Positions 49,033 to 57,702 of a stretch of DNA of 64,000 nucleotides are shown here, piece after piece (the stretch's first letter is position 1; the number at the start of each line of letters is the position of its first letter). A program made the position numbers and the translations under genes. The notes under the pieces were generated by a model. The model made no database searches. It was not told the DNA's origin and saw only the letters and a program-made list of their open reading frames with translations. Source of the DNA: Alphaproteobacteria bacterium (GTDB lineage Bacteria > Pseudomonadota > Alphaproteobacteria > SP197); assembly GCA_965228895.1 (NCBI GenBank), contig OZ245842.1, forward strand, positions 2,304,001 through 2,368,000, written 5' to 3'.

Positions 49033-50646
49033 ATGCCACAAGTCGATCCGCGTGACGATCAAAGCGTCGGCAAGGTGCTGGCCACGCGCGTTGAACGCCA
49101 TGGCGACGCACCGTTCCTGATCTGCGATGACGATGTCATCTTGAGCTATCGGGATGCTGACCGCGCCTCGAACCAGGTCGCCAACGCCCTGATGGACCTG
49201 GGCATCGAAGCGGGCGAGACCGTGCTTGTCATGATGCCGAACGTGGCCGAGTTTGCCTTCGTTTGGCTGGGCCTCGGCAAACGCGGTGCGATCCAGGTCC
49301 CCGTCAACACGGCCTATCGCGGCAACTTGCTGGTGCACGTGCTGAATGACTCATCGGCGCGTACCATGATCGTCGAGACGCAGTTTCTGGAGCGTTTGGC
49401 CGACGTTGCTGACAAACTGGAACATCTGGAGCGCTTGATCGTGTTCGATCGTGGCGACAGCGCGACAGCCATGCCGAGCGCCCTCGCCTCGATGGCGAAC
49501 GTGGATTTCGCCGCGCTGTTGGACGCGCCGGATACGCCGCAGGAGGGACTTCCAAGCTACCGTGACATCAAAGCGGTCATGTACACGTCTGGCACGACCG
49601 GCCCATCGAAAGGCGTGATGATCACCCATGCGCACGCCTATACCTATGCCCATGGCGGGATTGACCTGATGGACCTGACGCCGGGCGATGTCTATTACGC
49701 GCCTTTGCCGCTGTTTCACATCGCCGGTCAGTGGGCCATGGTCTATGCCGCCATGATCGGCGGCGCGGCGGCCGTGATCACCGAGCGCTTCAGCGTCGAG
49801 CGGTTCTGGCATGACGCCAAGCGGTTCAACGCGACGGTCACGTTTTTTCTAGGCGCCATGGCGAACTTCCTGTCGGGACAACCGGAACAACCAGACGACA
49901 AGGAGACACCGATCGATCGTGCGCTGGTCGTGCCGATGTTCCCGGAGGTCTATGACTTCGGCAAGCGGTTCGGGATGCGCATCAAGACGACCTATGGATC
50001 GACGGAAGTCAACGCGCCGCACCGCCTGGATTTCGACCACCCGGACTGGAAGACCTGCGGATACCTGCACGACGAACTGTTCGAAGCCAAGATCGTCGAC
50101 GAGCACGATGAAGAAGTCCCCAACGGCACGGTCGGCGAGTTCTGCATTCGCGCCAAGGAACCGTGGCTCTTGATGGCGGGCTACTGGCGTCACCCCGAGT
50201 GGACGGAAACCGCATGGCGCAACCTGTGGCTTCACTCCGGTGACGCCATGTACCGCGATGACGCCGGTTTCTATTACTTCGCCGACCGCGTGAAGGATTC
50301 GATACGCCGGCGCGGCGAAAACATCTCGTCCATGGAAGTCGAGACCGAGGTCAACAGTCATCCGGCGATTCTGGAATGCGCTGTGTTTCCCGTTCCCAGC
50401 GTGCACACCGAAGACGAGGTGATGGCGAGTATCGTTCTCAAAGACGGACAGTCAATTGATCCCCTCGAGCTCATTCGGTTCCTGGAACCACGCATGGCCT
50501 ATTTCATGGTGCCGCGATTTGTCGATGTCGTGGCAGCGCTGCCCAAGACGCCGACCGGCAAGATCCAGAAGTACGAGCTGCGCGACAAAGGGGTGACGCC
50601 GTCGACCTGGGACCGTGAGGCGGCGGGCGTCAAGCTTAAGCGCTGA
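49033..50646 (+). CDS. ATP-dependent acyl-CoA ligase (CaiC-like)
   Basis: YTSGTTGPSKG, YGSTE, HSGD, RRRGENISS, PKTPTGKIQK. Confidence 0.93.
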   Translation: MPQVDPRDDQSVGKVLATRVERHGDAPFLICDDDVILSYRDADRASNQVANALMDLGIEAGETVLVMMPNVAEFAFVWLGLGKRGAIQVPVNTAYRGNLLVHVLNDSSARTMIVETQFLERLADVADKLEHLERLIVFDRGDSATAMPSALASMANVDFAALLDAPDTPQEGLPSYRDIKAVMYTSGTTGPSKGVMITHAHAYTYAHGGIDLMDLTPGDVYYAPLPLFHIAGQWAMVYAAMIGGAAAVITERFSVERFWHDAKRFNATVTFFLGAMANFLSGQPEQPDDKETPIDRALVVPMFPEVYDFGKRFGMRIKTTYGSTEVNAPHRLDFDHPDWKTCGYLHDELFEAKIVDEHDEEVPNGTVGEFCIRAKEPWLLMAGYWRHPEWTETAWRNLWLHSGDAMYRDDAGFYYFADRVKDSIRRRGENISSMEVETEVNSHPAILECAVFPVPSVHTEDEVMASIVLKDGQSIDPLELIRFLEPRMAYFMVPRFVDVVAALPKTPTGKIQKYELRDKGVTPSTWDREAAGVKLKR

Positions 50647-50647
50647 C

Positions 50648-51814
50648 GTGGACTTTGCTCTCTCAGAGAACCAAATGGCGCTGCGCGACACGGTCGCCGC
50701 GGTCGTCTCCGGTTTCGATGACGGCTTTTGGCTCGCCTGTGACCGTGCGGGTACGTTCCCGGACGCCTTCTATAACGCCATAGCCGAAGGCGGCTGGCTC
50801 GGCGTTGCTATGCCTGAAGCATATGGCGGTGCCGGTCTTGGCGTCATGGAAGCAGCCTTGATGATGCAGACCGTCGCCGACAGCGGCGGCGGCATGACGG
50901 CCGCGTCGGCCATCCACATCAATATCTTCGGCCCCCACCCGATTGTCGTGTTTGGCACGCCCGAACAACAAGAGACGTGGCTGCCACCGCTGATTGCCGG
51001 AGAGCAACGGTGCTGCTTCGGCATTACCGAACCGGATGCCGGCCTGGATACAGGACGGATCGGCACAACCGCTGAACCCGCGACTGGCGGTTACGTCGTG
51101 CGCGGAAAGAAGATCTGGACGTCAACAGCGCAACACGCCGACAAGATCATGCTGTTGGCCCGTACAACACCGGCCGAACAGTGTGCCAAGCGTACCGATG
51201 GTCTCTCGCTTTTTTACACAGACCTGAACCGCAACCATGTTGAGATACGCGAGATCGAGAAGATGGGGCGCGCTGCCGTCGACTCGAACATGGTCTTTAT
51301 CGACGACCTGCCGGTACCGCGCGACGATCTGATTGGCGAGGAGGGCAAGGGCTTCAGCTATCTTCTCAATAGCCTCAACCCCGAACGTATCCTGATCGCC
51401 GCCGAAGCCGTCGGCCTTGGCCGCAACGCGCTTGCCCGTGCCGCCGCCTATGCCGGCGAGCGTGTGGTGTTCGATCGGCCAATCGGTCAGAACCAGGGGA
51501 TTCAGCATCCCCTGGCGCAAACTTGGATCGACCTACATGCCGCCGAGCTGATGGTGCGCGAGGCCGCTTGGCTTTACGACAATGGCCGGCCATGCGGCGC
51601 CGAAGCGAACGCGGCCAAGTATTTTGCGGCGGAAGCGGCCCATACGGCGGCGACCCGGGCCGTGACGACCTTGGGCGGCATGGGGTACGCGCGCGAGTAT
51701 CATGTGGAGCGCCTGTTGCGCGAATCGATGATCCCAAAACTCGCGCCGATCAGCGCCCAGATGGTTCTCTGCTACATCGCCGAGACCGTGTTGGGCCTGC
51801 CGAAATCCTACTGA
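50648..51814 (+). CDS. Acyl-CoA dehydrogenase
   Basis: FGITEPDAGLD, GKKIWTS, RPIGQNQ, GGMGYAREY; GTG start 1 bp after the ligase stop. Confidence 0.93.
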   Translation: MDFALSENQMALRDTVAAVVSGFDDGFWLACDRAGTFPDAFYNAIAEGGWLGVAMPEAYGGAGLGVMEAALMMQTVADSGGGMTAASAIHINIFGPHPIVVFGTPEQQETWLPPLIAGEQRCCFGITEPDAGLDTGRIGTTAEPATGGYVVRGKKIWTSTAQHADKIMLLARTTPAEQCAKRTDGLSLFYTDLNRNHVEIREIEKMGRAAVDSNMVFIDDLPVPRDDLIGEEGKGFSYLLNSLNPERILIAAEAVGLGRNALARAAAYAGERVVFDRPIGQNQGIQHPLAQTWIDLHAAELMVREAAWLYDNGRPCGAEANAAKYFAAEAAHTAATRAVTTLGGMGYAREYHVERLLRESMIPKLAPISAQMVLCYIAETVLGLPKSY

Positions 51815-51879
51815 ACGGCCTTGCGAACGGGTCCGGCGTTTGATTGAATCGTGACCCCACGGCCAAGGAGTGGCAGCCG

Positions 51880-52749
51880 ATGACAAGCGAACGCGCCCTC
51901 ACCCCGGATCAGATCGTTGCTTATCACCGCGACGGTTATGTGGTGATCCCTGGTTTCCTGGATGCCGACGAGCTCGCGCCGATGCAGCAGGCGATCAAGG
52001 ACGATCCCAGCATTGGCGGACGCCTGACCACGGTCCATGACGGAAGCCAGAAGACCCAGCATGATTATCTGGGCTGGGTGCGCCATGGCGATGACTGGTT
52101 GGGCACCTGCACGCGCCTTGCCCGTATTGTCGACGGCGCGGCGACGCTGATCGGCGAACCGGTCTATCACTTCCACTCGAAACTCGTGAAGAAACCGGCC
52201 GGACGCAGCGGTCGGGTGGTCTGGCACCAAGACTACGGCGGTTGGTACCAGGATGGGTGTTTGATGCCAGACATGCTGACCTGCATCGTCGCGCTGACGC
52301 CGGCGACCGAAGAAAGCGGCTGCCTGCATATGTTGAAAGGCTCGCACAAGATGGGCCGGGTCGATCGCATTCGTGACGATCACGCTTATGCCAACATCAA
52401 TCCCGTACGACTGGCCGGCATGCTCGATCGGTTCGAGGATGTTGCGGTTGAGCTCTCGCCCGGCGACGGCCTCTACTTCCATGGCAATGTCGTGCACAGC
52501 TCGGGCGACAACCGCGCCAGCCACGATCGGCTGCTGTTGGAGTTCTCCTACAACGGTATCAGCAACGCACCGGTGTTCGACAACCAGGACCACCATGCCG
52601 TCAAACCGATGACAATCGCGCCTGACGACGCCCTGCGCAGCGGCGACTTTGCCGGCGTCTTCGGGTCGACACCGTTGAATGATCTCGACGACCCGAACGA
52701 CGAAGGTTACACAATCTACTACCGAGATAGTTTTCCCGACCTGAGTTGA
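51880..52749 (+). CDS. Phytanoyl-CoA dioxygenase (PhyH) family protein
   Basis: DGYVV, WHQD, GCLHMLKGSH, FHGNVVHSS...R; RBS AAGGAG. Confidence 0.9.
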   Translation: MTSERALTPDQIVAYHRDGYVVIPGFLDADELAPMQQAIKDDPSIGGRLTTVHDGSQKTQHDYLGWVRHGDDWLGTCTRLARIVDGAATLIGEPVYHFHSKLVKKPAGRSGRVVWHQDYGGWYQDGCLMPDMLTCIVALTPATEESGCLHMLKGSHKMGRVDRIRDDHAYANINPVRLAGMLDRFEDVAVELSPGDGLYFHGNVVHSSGDNRASHDRLLLEFSYNGISNAPVFDNQDHHAVKPMTIAPDDALRSGDFAGVFGSTPLNDLDDPNDEGYTIYYRDSFPDLS

Positions 52750-52761
52750 CGTGTCGTTCGC

Positions 52762-53598
52762 TTAGTCCCGTTCGGCCGATCGACTGATCAGGAACATGCG
52801 CGCGTCCGTCGAATAGGCCGGCAGCGGTTCGGCGGCGAGTTCGGGATTGTCCGCCATGAACTCGTCGAATGCCTCGTTCTGCCCGATTGCTCCTTTGTTG
52901 AAGCGGGAGCCCCAGTCATCAAAGAACACGACGGCCTGGTCCTTGATCAGCGGCGCACAGAAATCGAGAGCTTCTTTTGACGCCGAATAGATGTCGCAAT
53001 CGACCATGATCAGGCTCGCCTTATCGACGCCCAGCTCTTCCGCCGTCTCGGCCGTCAGTGTATCGCTGAACCAGCCCTTCACCAGGCGCACGTCATCCAT
53101 GGCGACGCCCGCATCGCTCAAGTAGCGTTCCGTCGCCGTGATGGTCGACGCAAAGCGTCCGGGCGTCCAGCCCTGGTCGGCTGCCTCAGCCGGCATGCCT
53201 TCGAATGAATCGAAACCAATCAACATGACACCGGAAAGGCCAGCTTTGCGCAGGGCATGGTACATGCAGGACATCGACGTTCCGCGGCTGACGCCAAACT
53301 CAAGATACTGACCAAAGTCGTGACCGCCGGCCCGCAACCGCTGAATGGCGACGTCGCAACCGTTGGCAAACTGCTCCGCGGAGACCAGCGGCGTCCACCT
53401 AAGCCATCCTCTTGCCTGCAGGCGCCACTTGACACGGCGTACCAAGGACAGCAGTCCGGCTGATTGCAACAGATTGCGTAAGCCCGCGCCAAAGCCGGAT
53501 CGCCGTCGCGGCGCGCTGACAGGCGTCAAATCAATGCTGTCGCCGACATTGGAAATGTCGGGCTCGCTTGGAACAGCTGATTTCGGTCGCGTGGTCAC
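52762..53598 (-). CDS. TylF/MycF/NovP-family O-methyltransferase
   Basis: YLEFGVSRG, GFDSFEGMP, VKGWFSDTL, VDCDIY, FDDW; start uncertain. Confidence 0.85.
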   Translation of the reverse strand: MTTRPKSAVPSEPDISNVGDSIDLTPVSAPRRRSGFGAGLRNLLQSAGLLSLVRRVKWRLQARGWLRWTPLVSAEQFANGCDVAIQRLRAGGHDFGQYLEFGVSRGTSMSCMYHALRKAGLSGVMLIGFDSFEGMPAEAADQGWTPGRFASTITATERYLSDAGVAMDDVRLVKGWFSDTLTAETAEELGVDKASLIMVDCDIYSASKEALDFCAPLIKDQAVVFFDDWGSRFNKGAIGQNEAFDEFMADNPELAAEPLPAYSTDARMFLISRSAERD

Positions 53599-53856
53599 GT
53601 CGAATGCCTGTTTCGATGCAGTATGGTAAAGAAATCGTACGGATCACGTCAAATACGGGCACAATACTAACCAGTCGCGACCTTTGCCATGCAGACTATT
53701 ATGGGTGGGTACATGGCCCGTTCGGAGAAGATATCGTTTCTATAGTGATTCAAATGAGCGTGCGTCGATACGCGGCCGCACCGGGCTTTGGCGATACCGC
53801 CGCCTGCGCACAACCGAAGATTCTAACGCCAATCCCCGTGCTTCGGACGCCCGGGC

Positions 53857-54750
53857 CTAGGCGACTTTGACTTTCCCGCCCTGGATCGGCCGGTCGGCGC
53901 CATCGGCGAAAAGATCACTCCCGCCCGAAGACAGCTCCTGGTAGCCCTGGATGATGTCATAGGGGTCCTGGAAGTCCTGGACCCAGCCCAGGAACGGCTT
54001 GTGCAGATTGAAACCCAGAAGGCGCGCCAATCTCTCCGGCATTTGCCGGACCTCGTCGGCGGAAACCGACAGGTACCAATTCTGCTCCTGCCGCAACCAG
54101 CCGAGCGCATAGCCGGCGAACATCGCGATGCGCCATTGGTCCGATGTCACATTGCGGCCGCCGCCGTGATAGGTGCCGCCCAGGAAGACGCAGAACGACC
54201 CCTTCGTCATGACCGCGGGCACCGTCTCGTCATTCTGGGGCACGCGCTCGTCGTCCCAAAGATGGCTGCCGGGAATCAAGCGGGTCGCGCCGTTCGCTTC
54301 CGTGAAGTCCGTCAACGCCCAGAAGGCGGTACAGCAGGCGTTCCGTTCGCTTGGATGGGCGAGCGGATAAAGCAGATCGTCACGGTGCAGCGGCTGAGGC
54401 GTTTCGTCGGGACCGATCGCCGTGATCGAGTTCGAGTTGAGCTGGTAGCTGTCGCACCACGGACCCAGCGTCAGGTCCATGATTTCCAGGACCTTGTTGT
54501 GCACGATGAAATCCGCGATTCCCCCGCTCTTGCCGAACAGGGAGTGAAGGCGCTTGGTGTGAAAACCGACAAAATCGCCCTCACCGCAGGATTTCTGCTG
54601 GAGATAGGGTGCGAGATCGCCCAGCAGCCGATCGATCGGTGCCGCGTCGATGGCGTCAGCGACAATGACACAGCCATCCCGCTTCAGGATCTTGTCCAGG
54701 TCGTCCTGACCGATGGTCGGATCAACGGTTTCGATTCTGGACTCAGCCAT
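53857..54750 (-). CDS. PhyH-family Fe(II)/2OG dioxygenase
   Basis: QPLHRDD, DFTEANGATRLIPGSH, YHGGG, GWLRQEQN; RBS GGAGGAG. Confidence 0.9.
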   Translation of the reverse strand: MAESRIETVDPTIGQDDLDKILKRDGCVIVADAIDAAPIDRLLGDLAPYLQQKSCGEGDFVGFHTKRLHSLFGKSGGIADFIVHNKVLEIMDLTLGPWCDSYQLNSNSITAIGPDETPQPLHRDDLLYPLAHPSERNACCTAFWALTDFTEANGATRLIPGSHLWDDERVPQNDETVPAVMTKGSFCVFLGGTYHGGGRNVTSDQWRIAMFAGYALGWLRQEQNWYLSVSADEVRQMPERLARLLGFNLHKPFLGWVQDFQDPYDIIQGYQELSSGGSDLFADGADRPIQGGKVKVA

Positions 54751-54811
54751 CGTAGTCTCCTCCACGACGTCAGATGTCAGATAAGTCTACATGCTAAAGG
54801 AGGGCGGCGCC

Positions 54812-55633
54812 ATGAGCGACGAAACCACCATTAAAAACCGGTTCGTGGTCGAAAAGGACGGTCATATCGCCTGGCTGATCTTCGACCGGCCGGAAAAACT
54901 CAATGCCATGTCGAGCCAGGGATGGCGCGACTTCGGTCATCACCTGCGCGAGCTGATCGAAGACCGCGACATCCGCTGCCTGATCCTGGCCGGCGAAGGC
55001 CGCGGCTTTCTGGCGGGCCACGACGTCGGCGAAATGGTCGAGCATGTCGAGCAGTTCGAGACCGGCGAATACACGCTGGGCGATCTTCATGAGAATCAGA
55101 AGCTGCTGCAGGAGACCACGCGCCTGATCCGCAAGGCGCGTTTTCCCGTCATCGCCGCCGTACAAGGCGTCGCCGTCGGCGCCGGCTGCGAGGTAACGCT
55201 GGCCTGCGATCTCGTAGTCGCGGCCGAAGGTACGCTGTTCGGTTTCCCGGAGGTCAATGTCGGTGTCACCATCACCAATGGCGGCACCTGGCTCTTGCCG
55301 CGCAAGGTCGGCTTGGCGCGGGCGCGCGAGCTTGCCTATACCGGCGACTTCGTCGATGCCGAGGAAGCCTATCGTATCGGCCTCGCCAACCGCGTCGTTC
55401 CCGCGGGCGACCTGCGCGAGGAAGCGGAGAAGCTGGCTCGGCGGATCGCCGGCCGCGCGCCGCTGCCCGTCCAACTGCACAAGACGATGATTGATCGCGG
55501 CCAGGAGACTTCGCTCGAGACCATGTTGAACTTCGAGACGGAGTCACTGGTCGTTACCGCCCGGACCAACGATCACGGCGAAGGCGCCCGTGCCTTTTTC
55601 GAGAAGCGGGAGCCGGAGTTTACCGGCACATAG
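54812..55633 (+). CDS. Enoyl-CoA hydratase/isomerase family protein
   Basis: RPEKLNA, AGHD, AVGAGCE, FPEVNVG, FFEKREPEF. Confidence 0.92.
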   Translation: MSDETTIKNRFVVEKDGHIAWLIFDRPEKLNAMSSQGWRDFGHHLRELIEDRDIRCLILAGEGRGFLAGHDVGEMVEHVEQFETGEYTLGDLHENQKLLQETTRLIRKARFPVIAAVQGVAVGAGCEVTLACDLVVAAEGTLFGFPEVNVGVTITNGGTWLLPRKVGLARARELAYTGDFVDAEEAYRIGLANRVVPAGDLREEAEKLARRIAGRAPLPVQLHKTMIDRGQETSLETMLNFETESLVVTARTNDHGEGARAFFEKREPEFTGT

Positions 55634-55637
55634 TGCG

Positions 55638-56351
55638 TTAGACGGCGTGGCCCGCGATGGCACGATGCAGCGCTGCGCGGGCCAACAAGCGAGTCGAATC
55701 GAGTGGTCGTATCGGCGCGTTGGTCTCGTCGACCACAAGTGGGATCTCCGTGCAGCCCAGTATGACGGCATCGCAGCCTTCGCGCCCGAGCCGCTCGATG
55801 ACGTGTACGATGTAGTCGGTTGATTCCGCCTTGGTAAAACCACGCACCAGTTCGTCCATGATGATGCGGTCGATCTCGGCCCGCTCGTCGCGATCGGGGA
55901 TCATGTACCGCAATCCACGGCTGGCGAGTTTCTCGGGATAGACGCCGCTCTCGACCAGCCAGCGTGTTCCCGTTAACGCGAGACAGCGGCAGCCTCGTTC
56001 GACAGCCACTTCGGCAACGACATCGGCGATGTGCAGCCACGGCAGCGGTGACCGTTGTTCGACACGGTCAAAGGCCTGGTGAATGGTGTTGTCGGGGCAA
56101 ATCAGGAAGTCGGCGCCGGCGGCCGCCAACTTGTCGGCCGAAGCCAACATCAGGTCGGCGATACCCTGCATATCTCCGCGCTCCAGGCAGTCGGTATAGG
56201 CCTGAAGCGAAGGGGTATGCATGGTGACTTCCGGATGCGCGTGGCCGTCCAGAAACGACGGCCCTTCGGTGCAGATTGTCCGATAACACAAGGACGCACC
56301 TTCGGCCGAACAGGCGGCAATACCAATGTGCTGTGGGGTTAGCCCCGCCAC
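55638..56351 (-). CDS. Aspartate/glutamate racemase family protein
   Basis: ICPDNT, LHIAD, ILGCTEIPL, DSTRL. Confidence 0.88.
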   Translation of the reverse strand: MAGLTPQHIGIAACSAEGASLCYRTICTEGPSFLDGHAHPEVTMHTPSLQAYTDCLERGDMQGIADLMLASADKLAAAGADFLICPDNTIHQAFDRVEQRSPLPWLHIADVVAEVAVERGCRCLALTGTRWLVESGVYPEKLASRGLRYMIPDRDERAEIDRIIMDELVRGFTKAESTDYIVHVIERLGREGCDAVILGCTEIPLVVDETNAPIRPLDSTRLLARAALHRAIAGHAV

Positions 56352-56366
56352 GTCAGGCGACGCTTC

Positions 56367-57326
56367 TCAATCGCCAGCCCGCTCACTCGGCGTGGCTTCT
56401 TCGCGCAGCGACGCATTTAACAGGCGGATGTGTTCGACGCCGATACCGCAACAGCCGCCGATAGCCGTCGCGCCCTGGGCAATCCAGCCCGCCGCCTGCT
56501 CGACCAGGTCGGCCGGCGGAATGATGTCCTTGAACTGCCATTGCGGCATTTCGAAATAGCCGGAGTCCGGATAAGCCATCATCGGGCCGGACCAGTGTTT
56601 ACGAAGGATGTCGAGCGCCGGTCCGATCACGTGGACATTGGTGTGCATCGGCCCCATGACCGCGCCGCCGCCGGCCTGGATAGCCGCATCGACGACTTCG
56701 TCGAACGGATAGTTTTCCCAGGCGAAGGAGACGATCCGGCCGTCATCCTCCTGGCGTGCGCTCATGCCGACCCAGACGGGCAGACCGGTCTCGTGGGCGG
56801 CCTCGATCAGGGGTTTCATCTGCGACGGACGCGACATCATCTCCATGATGATGAGGTCGGCGCCGGCATCCTTGATGACGCCGGCGAGTTCGCGGGCGTT
56901 GGCCTGCAGTTGTTCGCTCGACGGCAAGGCATCTGGATCGTTACGCGCCTCACCGGGCACCATCGGCATCATGTGGGACATGGAGGCGGCCACAACGACC
57001 TCGCGGTCGCCGGCGGCCCGGTCGCGCGCTTCGCGGGCGATCTCGACGGCGCGCCGGTTGAGCGGCTCGACCTTGTCGCCCATGCCGGCCGGCCCCAGCA
57101 TGTTGCGGGAACTTGCATAGGTGTTGGCCGTGATCACGTCAGCGCCGGCGGCGATGTAATCCTCGTGGACCTGGCGCACGGCATCGGGGTCGACTTCGGT
57201 CGCCAACGCGCACCAGGCATCGCTGTTCATCGGGACGTCGCGGCGTTCAAGCTCGGTGCCGGTACCGCCGTCCAGAATGGCGATCCCGCCAGCCGCCAAT
57301 CGTGCGTGAAGGGTGCTTAGGTCCAT
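56367..57326 (-). CDS. Homocysteine S-methyltransferase family protein
   Basis: ILDGGTGTEL, AGADVITANTY, YPDSG, IGGCCG; RBS GGGGGAGG. Confidence 0.9.
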   Translation of the reverse strand: MDLSTLHARLAAGGIAILDGGTGTELERRDVPMNSDAWCALATEVDPDAVRQVHEDYIAAGADVITANTYASSRNMLGPAGMGDKVEPLNRRAVEIAREARDRAAGDREVVVAASMSHMMPMVPGEARNDPDALPSSEQLQANARELAGVIKDAGADLIIMEMMSRPSQMKPLIEAAHETGLPVWVGMSARQEDDGRIVSFAWENYPFDEVVDAAIQAGGGAVMGPMHTNVHVIGPALDILRKHWSGPMMAYPDSGYFEMPQWQFKDIIPPADLVEQAAGWIAQGATAIGGCCGIGVEHIRLLNASLREEATPSERAGD

Positions 57327-57353
57327 CGCCGCCTCCCCCGATGCGGAAAAGAT

Positions 57354-57652
57354 TGGTGCGCCCGCTAGGACTCGAACCTAGGACCCACTGATTACTCCAC
57401 CACCACGGCTTTCGCCGCCCCTTTCGGGTTTGTGGCCCGGACTATACCTTCGCCCTATCCCCGAGGGAACGTAGGCGGGTGCCGTCTAGTCTCTACACCT
57501 TCCCCAGGACATGCTCCCTGGGGCTTGGCTCGGGATTGCCACTGGCCAAAGGCCGCTGAGGGTTCCCCGAATTTGACACCTTGTCACCCGACGGTTTCCC
57601 GCCGGGGCTCCCAATCGAAAGTCAGTTGCTCTACCACCTGAGCTACGGGCGC
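57354..57652 (-). tRNA. tRNA-Lys(UUU), intron-interrupted; exon 1 57652-57618 (nt 1-35), exon 2 57394-57354 (nt 36-76)
   Basis: Joined exons GCGCCCG TA GCTC AGGTGGTA GAGC A ACTGA CTTT^TAA TCAGT GGGTC CTAGG TTCGAGT CCTAG CGGGCGC ACCA give a 76-nt cloverleaf with all four stems fully paired and encoded CCA. Confidence 0.93.
57395..57617 (-). ncRNA. Group I self-splicing intron (223 nt, IC3-like, no ORF)
   Basis: Minus-strand P AAATTCGGGGAA (57574-57563), Q AATCCCGAGCC (57537-57527), R GTAGAGACTAGA (57496-57485), S AAGGTATAGTCC (57450-57439); P3 GGTGTC/GGCACC; P7 GACTA/TAGTC; preceded by exon U, ends in G. Confidence 0.92.
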
Positions 57653-57663
57653 TACCGGGACGG

Positions 57664-57700
57664 GGTTTTAGCTGATTACACCGGTAATGCAATACGTCAA
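57664..57700 (-). promoter_or_regulatory. Putative sigma70 promoter of the tRNA
   Basis: Minus strand TTGCAT-N14-GCTAAAAC, resembling the Caulobacter-type GCTANAWC -10 element; an additional TTGACG lies upstream. Confidence 0.45.
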
Positions 57701-57702
57701 CG

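Noticed and set aside
53599-53856. Lower-GC 258-bp spacer as possible sRNA or gene remnant
   Set aside because: No convincing structure, terminator or credible ORF seen.
57327-57394. tRNA 3' end as attachment site of an integrated island
   Set aside because: No duplicated tRNA 3' end and no integrase noticed in the window.
57393-57620. Alternative splice registers giving tRNA-Thr (UGU at 34/35 or AGU at 33/34)
   Set aside because: UGU needs the intron to end in A and puts G opposite G in P10. AGU lacks the U-G pair at the 5' splice site. Only 35/36 satisfies the U-G pair, terminal G and continuous P1/P10.
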